A stretch of 64,000 nucleotides of DNA, taken from contig CAZEEU010000001.1 of assembly GCA_964511305.1 (NCBI GenBank), positions 191,378 to 255,377 on the forward strand, written 5' to 3'. Source of the DNA: an uncultured Gammaproteobacteria bacterium (GTDB lineage Bacteria > Patescibacteriota > Microgenomatia > Levybacterales > GWA1-39-11). Position numbers and translations under genes: made by a program. This document shows, one piece after another, positions 16,406 to 25,840 of this stretch. The stretch's first letter is position 1; each line of letters begins with the position of its first letter. The notes below the pieces were generated by a model. The model saw only the letters and a program-made list of their open reading frames with translations, was not told where the DNA came from and did not search any database.

Positions 16406-17974
16406 CTAATGCTGAGTTGAAACCTCACTAGGATTTAACTCGTTATTCATTTTTTGATTTCTAGCATTCTCTTCATTAATAAATTTCTGATCACGATCAT
16501 TTATTTTCTTTCTATAACTTTCTATGTTGATATCTTTTACATCTAGATATTCTTTGTATTCTGATAGATTAAAACTATTAAAATACTCCTTTTTGCCATA
16601 TTCTCTTTGGAGTCTTTCTATATCTCCAAGCAAATTATAAATTGCTATTGATTGGAAGAAATCGTAGCTATTATTTTTCTCTGCTTCAACAACTAACTGA
16701 TTAAGACTTTCTCTGTAAATTTCACCGTCAGGAGAGAGTCTTGCGAGATATCTATAATCTAGACCTTGTTGGGTTCTCGCTTGAGAATAATGTGCAATTA
16801 AATAGTCAAAATTTGCTAGATTAATACCAACAAGAACCACAATGGTAAATGTAACCATATATCTAAAGAATGAAATTAGAGCAACTTTTCGATTATAAAA
16901 ATAGACAAACAAAAGTAGCGCACCAGAAAGCCACAACATCGTTGCATACCCCCATAATCTTTTTTGAGTAAGACCCCACAACAAGCTATAGTCATTGACA
17001 CTCTTAAATGCTATACCTACTAAGAAAAATGCTTCAATAATTAAAAAATAAGAGAGTATCCTATTCCACTTGCCTCTTACCCTATCAATGTATGCCAGGA
17101 AGAATATTATGAACGCAACTACAGTTACTTGAAAGAATATTTCATTGGTAAGCCTTGAATTTGTGTACCCCATTTTCCAAAGCTCATCAGCAGTTGCAAA
17201 ATAAAGTTGCATTTGTGTTGCAAAAAAGATGATTAAAAGAATTCCCATTGCAACTTTTGGAAATAGATAATTAACAGAGATGTAAAAATTCTTATTCTTT
17301 GTCGTAGCACCCGTTGCCACTGGGGTTAGAATTTTTGGAACAATGACTGCAAGGATAGTAAAGAATATAAATCGGATAATAAGAAAAACCGGCTGATCCC
17401 CAAAGAGGAATTTGACAAACTGCTGCAAGTTAAATGTCTTTATAGTATTTTGCACCAGCTGATTGAATAAGGGATTCGCTGAAGAAAGCAGCGGAATAGT
17501 TATTATCAAAAAGACAATTGTTACAATAAGTGACGGAATATATTTCCTGACAAAACCTGCCTTACTAGATCCCTTAAATGCACTTAGAGAATAAGAGTAA
17601 ATACTTTTTCCTGAAATAATTTGGTTGAATACTGAGAATGGAGTAAGAAAAAGATTTGCAAGAGTATGCCCTGTAGCTATCGGTAGAACCATTAGTGATC
17701 CGAAAAGAATCACAAAAATGAAGTTAATAAATTGCATGGTGTCATTTGCTCGTATCAACTCAAAACAAGACAAAGCAATAACTCCAATAAGTAGAACGAC
17801 CTCAAACCAACTCTTATCTTTTCTTAAAATGAAAACTAGAGTTGCTAGGGAAATAAACAGGATAGAAAACGGGATAAAGGGAAATCCACTCTGAATAGGA
17901 ATAAGAAGCCAGGCAACAATTGCGCTAAGTACTAAGGAGATGGCAGGTATTTTTGCTTTGACAATGTCTAGCAT
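16406..17974 (-). CDS. polytopic membrane protein (about 12 TM) with C-terminal cytoplasmic charged domain
   Basis: Hydropathy only. No catalytic motif recognised. Confidence 0.45.
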   Translation of the reverse strand: MLDIVKAKIPAISLVLSAIVAWLLIPIQSGFPFIPFSILFISLATLVFILRKDKSWFEVVLLIGVIALSCFELIRANDTMQFINFIFVILFGSLMVLPIATGHTLANLFLTPFSVFNQIISGKSIYSYSLSAFKGSSKAGFVRKYIPSLIVTIVFLIITIPLLSSANPLFNQLVQNTIKTFNLQQFVKFLFGDQPVFLIIRFIFFTILAVIVPKILTPVATGATTKNKNFYISVNYLFPKVAMGILLIIFFATQMQLYFATADELWKMGYTNSRLTNEIFFQVTVVAFIIFFLAYIDRVRGKWNRILSYFLIIEAFFLVGIAFKSVNDYSLLWGLTQKRLWGYATMLWLSGALLLFVYFYNRKVALISFFRYMVTFTIVVLVGINLANFDYLIAHYSQARTQQGLDYRYLARLSPDGEIYRESLNQLVVEAEKNNSYDFFQSIAIYNLLGDIERLQREYGKKEYFNSFNLSEYKEYLDVKDINIESYRKKINDRDQKFINEENARNQKMNNELNPSEVSTQH

Positions 17975-18126
17975 GCGTAATAACTTAATGCCATTATATC
18001 ACTCTTCTGATAATAACATCTTCTACCGCAAACCGCCTGTTGGAATAGAAACATCAAGATCTGGCTTAGTGAGGATTTTTTCCTTTAATTTTTACTAATT
18101 CTGAATTCACAAAATGAGTAATATCA

Positions 18127-18726
18127 CTAAGGTAATATAGGTACGAGCTTTAGCTCTCCTACATTCGCGAGTAGGTCACCTACAGAACCGTCTTCCGGAT
18201 TTTTTGGAGTATCTGTTGGATTAGGAGTTGGCGTAGGTGTATCTTCTACAATGGTTGGGGTCGGCATCGGAGTCTCTTGCTCAATGGCTGGGGTTGGAGT
18301 TGTGGCTGGGGTTGGAGTTGTAGCTGTAGTCGGAGTTGGAGCATTATTATTCTGCTCTGAAGATGAAGCTTGATTACTATTTGGTGAAGATGTGCTTTGC
18401 TGAGCTTTATTAGTAGGAGTTGGTGTAATAGCTATTGCCCCAGCTGGTTTTTTAGAAACTTTTTTTACATTTGCATTGGTACTTTTTACTTTAGAAGCCA
18501 CAGTTGGTTGTGCATTAGGAGTTGGAGTTGCCGTTGGCATGACTCTCTTTACTATCGGAGCAGCCACTGCCATTTCTTTTTCTTTAAATTCATGAAATTT
18601 TATAAAAGGCAGTACTGGTAAGAGAATTAAAATGACAACAAATGCCTTACCTAAAAATCCAAGCTGACTCCATGCTTGTTTAATTCGTTCTTGATCAGAA
18701 ATTTTTACTGAAACGGCCGCATCCAT
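18127..18726 (-). CDS. membrane-anchored Pro/Thr-rich low-complexity protein
   Basis: Single N-terminal TM, then PTPT/ATTPTP repeats typical of extended surface linkers. Confidence 0.45.
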   Translation of the reverse strand: MDAAVSVKISDQERIKQAWSQLGFLGKAFVVILILLPVLPFIKFHEFKEKEMAVAAPIVKRVMPTATPTPNAQPTVASKVKSTNANVKKVSKKPAGAIAITPTPTNKAQQSTSSPNSNQASSSEQNNNAPTPTTATTPTPATTPTPAIEQETPMPTPTIVEDTPTPTPNPTDTPKNPEDGSVGDLLANVGELKLVPILP

Positions 18727-18766
18727 AAATAACTGTATCGAAGTATATCAATCCGATGCAATTATT

Positions 18767-19291
18767 TCAATTTATGAAAAACTTGAGGACTATACCCATT
18801 AAACTAGCTATTAAAAAGCATGCAAAAGTATTTTTTTTAATAATTCTTGAAAGAACCAGTGTGGTTATAAAGACAACCCACGGAATTATTCCCGTCAAAG
18901 TAATTTTTGCCATGTCAGCAACTGCTGAAAATATAAGACCTATCGATACTGCTGTTATCCCTACTACAAAGTTTGTTATGAAAGAATTTTTCTTCACTCT
19001 TTCATACAATTTATGAAGAGGAATTATTATAAAAGCCGGGATAGTTATAACTATCGTCGAAAGAGTCGCTCCCACCACTCCATAGAGCATATATCCAATA
19101 GAAGTAACATATAGATTAAATAGTCCTGGTGTGATACGAGCAACGGCAAAAGCATATAGCAGTTGCTCGCTTGTTATTACGTGACGATTTATCACAAGCT
19201 CCTCACGAAGGATTGGGAACATCACCAAGGCATTACCAAAGGTAACAATTGTGTAGAAAAGAAATACACCAAGAAGATCAAGCAACGACAT
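18767..19291 (-). CDS. chrA: chromate transporter ChrA family, short-chain half
   Basis: CHR-family signature ...FGNALVMFPILREELV...ARITPGLFN. Confidence 0.8.
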   Translation of the reverse strand: MSLLDLLGVFLFYTIVTFGNALVMFPILREELVINRHVITSEQLLYAFAVARITPGLFNLYVTSIGYMLYGVVGATLSTIVITIPAFIIIPLHKLYERVKKNSFITNFVVGITAVSIGLIFSAVADMAKITLTGIIPWVVFITTLVLSRIIKKNTFACFLIASLMGIVLKFFIN

Positions 19292-19841
19292 TCTTCTTAC
19301 CCTTTCTCATCAATATTCCCGCTGCAATTGCCCCTCCAACAAGGAGTACTAATGTTGTATTAAGATTTAGAAAAAATGAAGCAACAAATGAGCTGATTGA
19401 AAAAATAATTAATAATTTTGATGTAAATACATCTTTCCCCAAATTTATAATTGCCAAGACAATAAGTCCTAAAGCAGCAGGAAGAACAGCGTCATTCATA
19501 TAAGTAAAAAAGGGTGTCCCTTTTAATGGCAAATACAATATTGAAAGCAATAATGCTACTGTAAAACCGGGCAAGGTAAGTGCAATTATTGCAATAATTG
19601 ATCCCAAAAGTTTTTTACTTTTGTAACCAATCGCAATTGCAATTGCACCAATTGTTCCCCCAGGGACAATACGCGCAATTCCCCAGATAGCCATAAATTC
19701 ATCATCCCCAACTATTTTTAAATTTTTAACAAATTGCTCTCGAAGGGATGAAAGCACTCCAAGTCCTCCGCCAAACACACTACCTGTTTTAAGGAATGCA
19801 GCAAATAAATCTTTATGTGAAAGTTCTTTTTCTTCTTTCAA
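19278..19841 (-). CDS. chrA: chromate transporter ChrA family, short-chain half
   Basis: FLKTGSVFGGGLGVLSSLREQFV...ARIVPGGTIGAIAIAIGY. It is paired with the adjacent half as in bipartite SCHR transporters. Confidence 0.8.
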   Translation of the reverse strand: MKEEKELSHKDLFAAFLKTGSVFGGGLGVLSSLREQFVKNLKIVGDDEFMAIWGIARIVPGGTIGAIAIAIGYKSKKLLGSIIAIIALTLPGFTVALLLSILYLPLKGTPFFTYMNDAVLPAALGLIVLAIINLGKDVFTSKLLIIFSISSFVASFFLNLNTTLVLLVGGAIAAGILMRKGKKNVVA

Positions 19842-20283
19842 AACATTAAATTATATCAAAAAGTGAAGTAAAATCGTATGCTGCCAATCATGATGGCAGA
19901 AAGACATCAAGTGATTCTAGCTTAAAAAGCTAGACCCCCCTTTATTATTATTGGAATTATCTTTCTCACTCAGTTTTTTCATCTTTATCACTTAATCATT
20001 ATGCATTTTATCTTAAATCGACAACCACTCATTTCATGGCAGGATTTTTTATAGTCTTTGCAACATTTAAATTAATAGCCCTTAGAGAATTTGCAGAGGC
20101 TTTCTATGATCGTTGGAATATGGACTACGCAAATTCTATTACTCGAAATGTTAGCTATGGGCTTTTCTGGGGTTGGTGTACTTCGAAAACTCATAAAAGG
20201 TAGAAATTTCAATGCGTTTGCATTGGCATTTTCATAAGGTACCCTTCGACTTTGGAATGTCTCTTCCCGCGTTCTTAATGCTT

Positions 20284-20889
20284 TTAACGCAGTACAGGTA
20301 GATTAATGTTCCTACTCAAAGAATAAAATCTGATAGCAATAATTGTTACTAATGCAATACCGCTAGCTATATCTATCCCCACCCCCATCATCACAAGGAC
20401 ATATAAAAGAACTGCTCCAATTCCTGCCGCTGTTGCATAAATTTCTGTTCTAAAAATAAATGGAATTTCATTCAGAATTATTTCCCGAAGCAACCCTCCC
20501 CCTGCTGAAGTTAACATAGCAAAAAAGATTACGACCAAGATACTAAGACTTGCACCTATTGCTACATTTGCCCCGGATACAGCGAATGCAGCAAGACCAA
20601 AAGTGTCTGCAATAAGTAAAAATAATGTAGGAATTCTAAGATGAAAATGATAAAAAATAATAGATAAAATGCTTGCAATAACTGCAAACAACAAATACTC
20701 TCCGTGGGAAAGGGCATATGGTATTCTCCCTAAACACGCGTCTCGAATCATGCCTCCACCAACTGCAGTCATACACCCAACAATTAAGAGCCCAAAGACA
20801 TCAAGTTTCTTTTTTACACCATGACTTACTCCTACAAACGCGAATGCGAAAATTCCAATTTTATCAAAAATAAATACGAGGCTTTCCAT
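20284..20889 (-). CDS. UPF0126 (YadS/YicG, TRIC-like) membrane protein
   Basis: Two internal repeats each with a Gly-rich motif (GCMTAVGGGMIRD; SAGGGLLRE). Confidence 0.75.
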   Translation of the reverse strand: MESLVFIFDKIGIFAFAFVGVSHGVKKKLDVFGLLIVGCMTAVGGGMIRDACLGRIPYALSHGEYLLFAVIASILSIIFYHFHLRIPTLFLLIADTFGLAAFAVSGANVAIGASLSILVVIFFAMLTSAGGGLLREIILNEIPFIFRTEIYATAAGIGAVLLYVLVMMGVGIDIASGIALVTIIAIRFYSLSRNINLPVLR

Positions 20890-21063
20890 GAGTTATATTA
20901 CCATATAGTTTTTTTTAATTAAACTTTCGTACACTATACATTGTCCCCATGAAATCCAGTGCAGGTTGCAACAGTGGGCTTTGCAGTACTTGCTGGAATT
21001 ATGATTGGACACGTAGTTGGAACTCGCAACAAATTATTCAAGTCCTTAAAGAGCATAAGGCTT

Positions 21064-21945
21064 TTAGCTAATTTGAGAATCTACATCGCTAAAAAAATCC
21101 ATTCCAATTTTTAGAAATTCTTCTTTTTCTTCCAAGAACATTGTATGCGCACTTTTATTTAAAACTTTCATTTTTGCATTCGGAAATTTCTCTGCATAAA
21201 ATTTAGTAGTTAAAGGAGTTGCCATATCATATTTACCGCAAATTAAAAGAACAGGGACATTAATTTTATGTAGCTGATCAATACAATCTGCATTTTTTAA
21301 ATTACCCGTACAATGAAATTCTGTAGGTCCCCACATCGTGTTATATACATCAAGTCCCATTAACTTGTGCCCTTCTTGGATTGGTTTTGGATATGGGTAA
21401 ATTCTGCAGAAATATTTTTTGTAAAACTCTAAAGTTGCTTTCTCATAATCTTTCGAATTATATGTTTTGCTCTGCTCATTCACATTGATCGTATCTTGAA
21501 TTTTTTGTGGCAAAGTTCTCTTCAATGTGTTTGCGTCCTCTATCCACCTTTTGCTATTAAAAAATGGACCTGAAAAAAGAATACTCTTGACTCTTTTTGG
21601 ATATTTTATTGTGTACATTGCAGCAAGCATTGTCCCCCATGAATGTCCCCATAAATAAATCTCTTCAAATTCTAAGTGTTGCCTTAATAATTCCAACTCT
21701 TCAACAAATCTTTCTTTCTTCCAAAGCTTTTTGTCACTCGGTCTTTCTGAGTGGCCTGATCCTAACTGGTCATAAAAAACAACTGTTCTATCTTTTGAAA
21801 ATTTATTAAGAGTCAACATCGAATGAGAAGAGGAACCAGGACCTCCATGCAAGACAATAAGAGGAGTTTTTTTCTTTTTACTTGGAAAGACCCTATACCA
21901 TATCTTGCCTCCGGTAACTTGCAGGTGCCCCTCTACACTTTTCAT
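21064..21945 (-). CDS. proline iminopeptidase-like alpha/beta hydrolase (S33)
   Basis: HGGPGSSS oxyanion region and the GHSWGTMLA nucleophile elbow. Confidence 0.75.
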   Translation of the reverse strand: MKSVEGHLQVTGGKIWYRVFPSKKKKTPLIVLHGGPGSSSHSMLTLNKFSKDRTVVFYDQLGSGHSERPSDKKLWKKERFVEELELLRQHLEFEEIYLWGHSWGTMLAAMYTIKYPKRVKSILFSGPFFNSKRWIEDANTLKRTLPQKIQDTINVNEQSKTYNSKDYEKATLEFYKKYFCRIYPYPKPIQEGHKLMGLDVYNTMWGPTEFHCTGNLKNADCIDQLHKINVPVLLICGKYDMATPLTTKFYAEKFPNAKMKVLNKSAHTMFLEEKEEFLKIGMDFFSDVDSQIS

Positions 21946-22013
21946 TTCTTGATTATACGTCTATTTAGCATAATTACTTGGTTTTAGCCATAAAATACAA
22001 TACAATTCATTAC

Positions 22014-23018
22014 ATGAGCTATAAATATAAACATTCAGTTCTTGGTGGTACATTTGACCATTTTCATAAAGGTCATGAAAGATTCATAGGTGCTGCACTT
22101 GCCGATTCAGAAAAACTCACAATTGGAATAACTTCTGATGAAATGCTTGATAACAAATCTCAAAAAAATACTGTTGAAAACTACCCAACAAGAGAACAGT
22201 CAGTCGAAGACTTTATAACCACCAATGGACATAAAAATCGAGTAGAAGTATTTAAGATAAATGATATTTATGGACCAAGCATAGACGACTTATCTCTTGA
22301 AGCTATATATGTTATCGATGATACCTATAAGGGTGCTGAAATGGTAAATCTCAAACGAGAAAGTCTAGGTCTTACAAAACTTGCGATAGTAGTTGTCCCA
22401 ACTTTAGATATGAATGATAGTAAAAGAATCTCATCAACCGCAATAAGACTTGGAAAAATAGATCGTCATGGAAATAACTATGCCGATTTATTTCCAATTG
22501 ACGCATCACTAACACTGCCTGATTCTCTGAGAGATCAACTTAAGGAGCCATTTGGAGAAGTAGTTAATAATTTAGAAATTAGTAAATTGAAGAACTACTT
22601 CCTAATCGCGGTTGGAGATATTGTTGTTTCGAATTTACTGCAACACGATGTAATTCCAAACCTCAGTATTTTTGACAAAATATCCAATAGGGAGAAAATA
22701 ACAGAAATAGAAGTTCTTGATCACCTTCCAAAAAATTCTTTAAAATTAAATAACGCACCTGGCACAATCAATTGTACTACTGCTCTTAAAATCGAAAAAG
22801 TTATTCAAGAAAGCATTGGTTCACATGAAAAATTCTCAATTGAAATAAGTGGAGAAGAAGATTTGCTGGCACTACCCGCTATGCTCTTTGCGCCTCTCGA
22901 TTCACGAGTCATTTATGGCCTAAAAGACGAAGGTGCTGTTGTAGTTACGATTACCGAAGACTTAAAAAAGATTCTTGTTATACAAATTATTAAGAAACTC
23001 AAACCCCTCGTTGGATAA
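22014..23018 (+). CDS. fusion of archaeal-type phosphopantetheine adenylyltransferase (COG1019-like) and a DUF359-like domain (putative GTP-dependent dephospho-CoA kinase)
   Basis: The N-terminus VLGGTFDHFHKGHERFIG...LTIGITSDEM is the (H/T)xGH nucleotidyltransferase motif of archaeal PPAT. The C-terminal ~170 aa (FLIAVGDIVVSNL...EISGEEDLLALPAML) resembles DUF359. The ATG at 22014 is preferred over the ORF-track start at 21978. Confidence 0.55.
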   Translation: MSYKYKHSVLGGTFDHFHKGHERFIGAALADSEKLTIGITSDEMLDNKSQKNTVENYPTREQSVEDFITTNGHKNRVEVFKINDIYGPSIDDLSLEAIYVIDDTYKGAEMVNLKRESLGLTKLAIVVVPTLDMNDSKRISSTAIRLGKIDRHGNNYADLFPIDASLTLPDSLRDQLKEPFGEVVNNLEISKLKNYFLIAVGDIVVSNLLQHDVIPNLSIFDKISNREKITEIEVLDHLPKNSLKLNNAPGTINCTTALKIEKVIQESIGSHEKFSIEISGEEDLLALPAMLFAPLDSRVIYGLKDEGAVVVTITEDLKKILVIQIIKKLKPLVG

Positions 23019-23688
23019 CAACTTCTGCAGGCGAAATGCCGTTAGGTGCCTTCAGAACGTGCACTATCTGTCCCGCCACGTCTTCCGGATTCATAAATGC
23101 AGATAGGTCTTTTTCTGGAAAGTCACTCCAAAAAGCCGAATTCATACCCCCAGGACAAACACTTGTAACACGCACCCTATGTTTTACCCCTTCTAACCTG
23201 AGGCTTTCAGTAAATCCTCTGAGACCCCATTTGCTTGCTGCATACACTACCTCATTATCACGACCGACAAGTCCAGAAGTGGATGAGACATTCACAATAT
23301 GACCGGACTTTAAAACTTTCATTCTCTTATATGCTTCCAAGCTAGTATAAATGGATCCCTTCAAATTCGTTCCCAAGACATCCATTATCTCTTCTTGGGT
23401 TGTTGCATCAAAATCTTTTGTAAGTCCAATGCCTGCACAGTTGATAAGCCCATAGAGATCTCCTCCTTGATCAATTCTTTCGAATGCTTCAACAATTTCC
23501 TCAGGTTTTCTTAAATTGCAGTTAATTTGTCTTGCCTTAAAATCTAACTGCTGATCTTCAATTTTTCTAGAAAGAGCAAATACATTACTACCTTCAGAAG
23601 ATAGTTGTCTTGCAACTTCAAGACCTAGTCCGCTTGATGCCCCAACAACTACCATATTTTTATTTGTTAATTCGGTTTCTTTTGCCAT
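22999..23688 (-). CDS. short-chain dehydrogenase/reductase (SDR)
   Basis: Cofactor motif VVGASSGLGLEVARQL and catalytic YAASK. Confidence 0.85.
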   Translation of the reverse strand: MAKETELTNKNMVVVGASSGLGLEVARQLSSEGSNVFALSRKIEDQQLDFKARQINCNLRKPEEIVEAFERIDQGGDLYGLINCAGIGLTKDFDATTQEEIMDVLGTNLKGSIYTSLEAYKRMKVLKSGHIVNVSSTSGLVGRDNEVVYAASKWGLRGFTESLRLEGVKHRVRVTSVCPGGMNSAFWSDFPEKDLSAFMNPEDVAGQIVHVLKAPNGISPAEVVIQRGV

Positions 23689-23752
23689 AAGTGAATTGTA
23701 GAACGCGTAACTATTGTGTGCTTGATTAAATTCTGATATAATACTGACGAAT

Positions 23753-24832
23753 ATGAACTTAAAGTCTCAACAATCTAAATTGCTTATAAAAAAGGTGCAG
23801 CAATTTGTAGAAAATTCAGAATCATTTGCTCTTCTTGGGATACCAGGAGTAGGGATATCTGTTTTTTTGAAGAATTTGGTTTTTCCAAAACCTTTTCGCT
23901 TCGTATATGTTGATGTTTTTGCATTACCGCATGCAAATGAAAAATATCTATTTGACTCCCTATACCAAAAACTTGGAGGAACAAATCATGGCTCTTTAGA
24001 AAATTGTCAGCAAATACTTGAAAAAATTACTCAAAACGAAAGAGTAGTTATATGTTTTGGTGGATTCGATCAGATGAAACAAACTTTTAAAAAGGAGACT
24101 CTCAAAAATCTGAAATCTTTGGGACTCATTAATAGGGATAAGATTAGTTTTATTTTTGGAATATGTAGAAGAATTGAATCACTAATCGATCCTAACATCG
24201 AAGACATTGATTTAAATATGCTTGCAAACACCTTGTATATAGAGCCTTACTCTCGGGAAGACCTTAAAGAGCTCATCAACTATTATGGACCATATAGAAA
24301 TATTTCAGATAAGGAATTTGATGCCTTTGCAAATTTGTCAGGAGGACATTTTCAATTATTTCAACTTCTAATGCAGTCCGAACAAACTGAATATCTTGAA
24401 TCCAACCCATATATAAAAATCTCATTAACCAATATCTATAATCACTTAACTTTTGGCCAAAAAACTACTCTTAAAAAAATTATTGATGGAAAGAGTGTTG
24501 CTCCTGATAGCTATCTTATAAATACAGGCTTGGTTAAAGAGAGTGACAAGGGCTATAAGGTGTTCTCCAAGCTTTTTGAGGAATTTATATACAAACAAAA
24601 CACAAAGCTACCCAAAAAAGAATCAGATCTACTACGCTTGCTTAAGCAGAATAAAAACAAGATTGTAAGCAAAGAAGATATTTTCAATACTGTTTGGGGG
24701 AAAGAAAATATTGATGCAACAGATTGGGCGCTTGATGCTCTCATATATAGATTACGACGAAACTCACGATTCAAATTGTCAGGATTTACAATCGAAAGCC
24801 ATAAAAAAATAGGTTACCGCCTAATAGCATGA
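23753..24832 (+). CDS. STAND/NB-ARC-like P-loop NTPase (degenerate Walker A) fused to a C-terminal OmpR/PhoB-type winged-helix DNA-binding domain
   Basis: The P-loop-like LGIPGVGIS has Ile where the Walker-A Lys would be, and VVICFGGFDQ is Walker-B-like. The C-terminus IVSKEDIFNTVWG...ALDALIYRLRRN...IESHKKIGYRLIA matches trans_reg_C. Confidence 0.5.
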   Translation: MNLKSQQSKLLIKKVQQFVENSESFALLGIPGVGISVFLKNLVFPKPFRFVYVDVFALPHANEKYLFDSLYQKLGGTNHGSLENCQQILEKITQNERVVICFGGFDQMKQTFKKETLKNLKSLGLINRDKISFIFGICRRIESLIDPNIEDIDLNMLANTLYIEPYSREDLKELINYYGPYRNISDKEFDAFANLSGGHFQLFQLLMQSEQTEYLESNPYIKISLTNIYNHLTFGQKTTLKKIIDGKSVAPDSYLINTGLVKESDKGYKVFSKLFEEFIYKQNTKLPKKESDLLRLLKQNKNKIVSKEDIFNTVWGKENIDATDWALDALIYRLRRNSRFKLSGFTIESHKKIGYRLIA

Positions 24833-24943
24833 GAACGACTCTGTTATCTGATAGAATTTCTTTGTGGACAACAACCAAATTCTCTCCCTCGAATCTCTCA
24901 GCGAATATGGAGATTTTTTAGATCTCAAATCAATTCTTAATAC

Positions 24944-25609
24944 ATGATAAAACTAGTTGCAATAGATTTTGACGAAACACTCTGCATGACAGAGGAGTCA
25001 ACGTATTTTATTGAAAATAGCGTTGCAGTTAGCATGGGGCATGATCCTATGTCACGGGAGGTGCATCAAAAAACTTGGGGACAAGAATTAGAAATGGCAA
25101 TTCAAGAAAGAGTGCCTGGAATAAATGTTGAAAAATTCATGAAACTTTTACCAGAAGCACACATGATTGCAGTAGAGGAAGGAAATATAGACATTGTATC
25201 GCCCGAGAACATACAAGCTCTTGATAAAATTCTTGAGAATAATCTCAGACTTGCTCTTCTTACATCTCGCTCAATTGATGAAGCCAACCATCTCATGCAC
25301 GAAACCCATCCCTTAAACACACGCATGGAGAAATACTACTATAAAGAAAATTCCGATTTTCTCAAACCTGATCCCAGAGTTTTTGACAAAGTCTTAAAAG
25401 ACTTCGACCTTAAACCTTATGAGATAGTCTATGTTGGTGATGCTGTAAGCGATGCTGTTGCAGCAAAAGGCGCTGGGTTGCATTTTGTTGCTGTGCTTGA
25501 AGGTGGAATAAGAGTAAAGGAAGATTTTAAACACTTACCTGTTGATTATTTTGCAACGACTTTTCTTGAAGCAACTAATTATATTCTGTCTCTTACTTCG
25601 AAACTGTAA
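24944..25609 (+). CDS. HAD-superfamily hydrolase (phosphatase)
   Basis: Motif I IDFDETL (DxDxT), motif III K, and motif IV VGDAVSD. Confidence 0.8.
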   Translation: MIKLVAIDFDETLCMTEESTYFIENSVAVSMGHDPMSREVHQKTWGQELEMAIQERVPGINVEKFMKLLPEAHMIAVEEGNIDIVSPENIQALDKILENNLRLALLTSRSIDEANHLMHETHPLNTRMEKYYYKENSDFLKPDPRVFDKVLKDFDLKPYEIVYVGDAVSDAVAAKGAGLHFVAVLEGGIRVKEDFKHLPVDYFATTFLEATNYILSLTSKL

Positions 25610-25840
25610 TTTCTGATAGATGATCTTCTGCAAGTACTTTCTGAGAGCTCAAGCTAATTGATGACACTATAGCTATAGCAACCAGAATAAAAAATAATCC
25701 TAAAATCTTTCCCAACTCTTTAATCATAAATACATTTTAGCGATCCCCCAGGAAGATTTGGCAACAAAAAAGTAAGAAAAGGGTAATATAGCATCATCAA
25801 ATTCTTTGACTTTAAGGGCTCAATTCTTCAATATTAATAT

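Noticed and set aside
20950-21072. 40-aa Cys/Trp-rich ORF (MKSSAGCNSGLCSTCWNYDW...) as a RiPP or bacteriocin precursor
   Set aside because: It has no leader-peptide features and no adjacent modification or export genes. An alternative frame of the same DNA encodes a hydrophobic fragment. It falls in a short inter-operon gap, so it is likely a chance ORF.
25608-25742. 44-aa minus-strand hydrophobic ORF (MIKELGKILGLFFILVAIAIVSS...) in the HAD/GH1 intergenic region
   Set aside because: It is plausible as a small membrane peptide. It has no RBS, and its 3' end overlaps the HAD gene stop. I cannot distinguish it from a chance ORF without conservation data.
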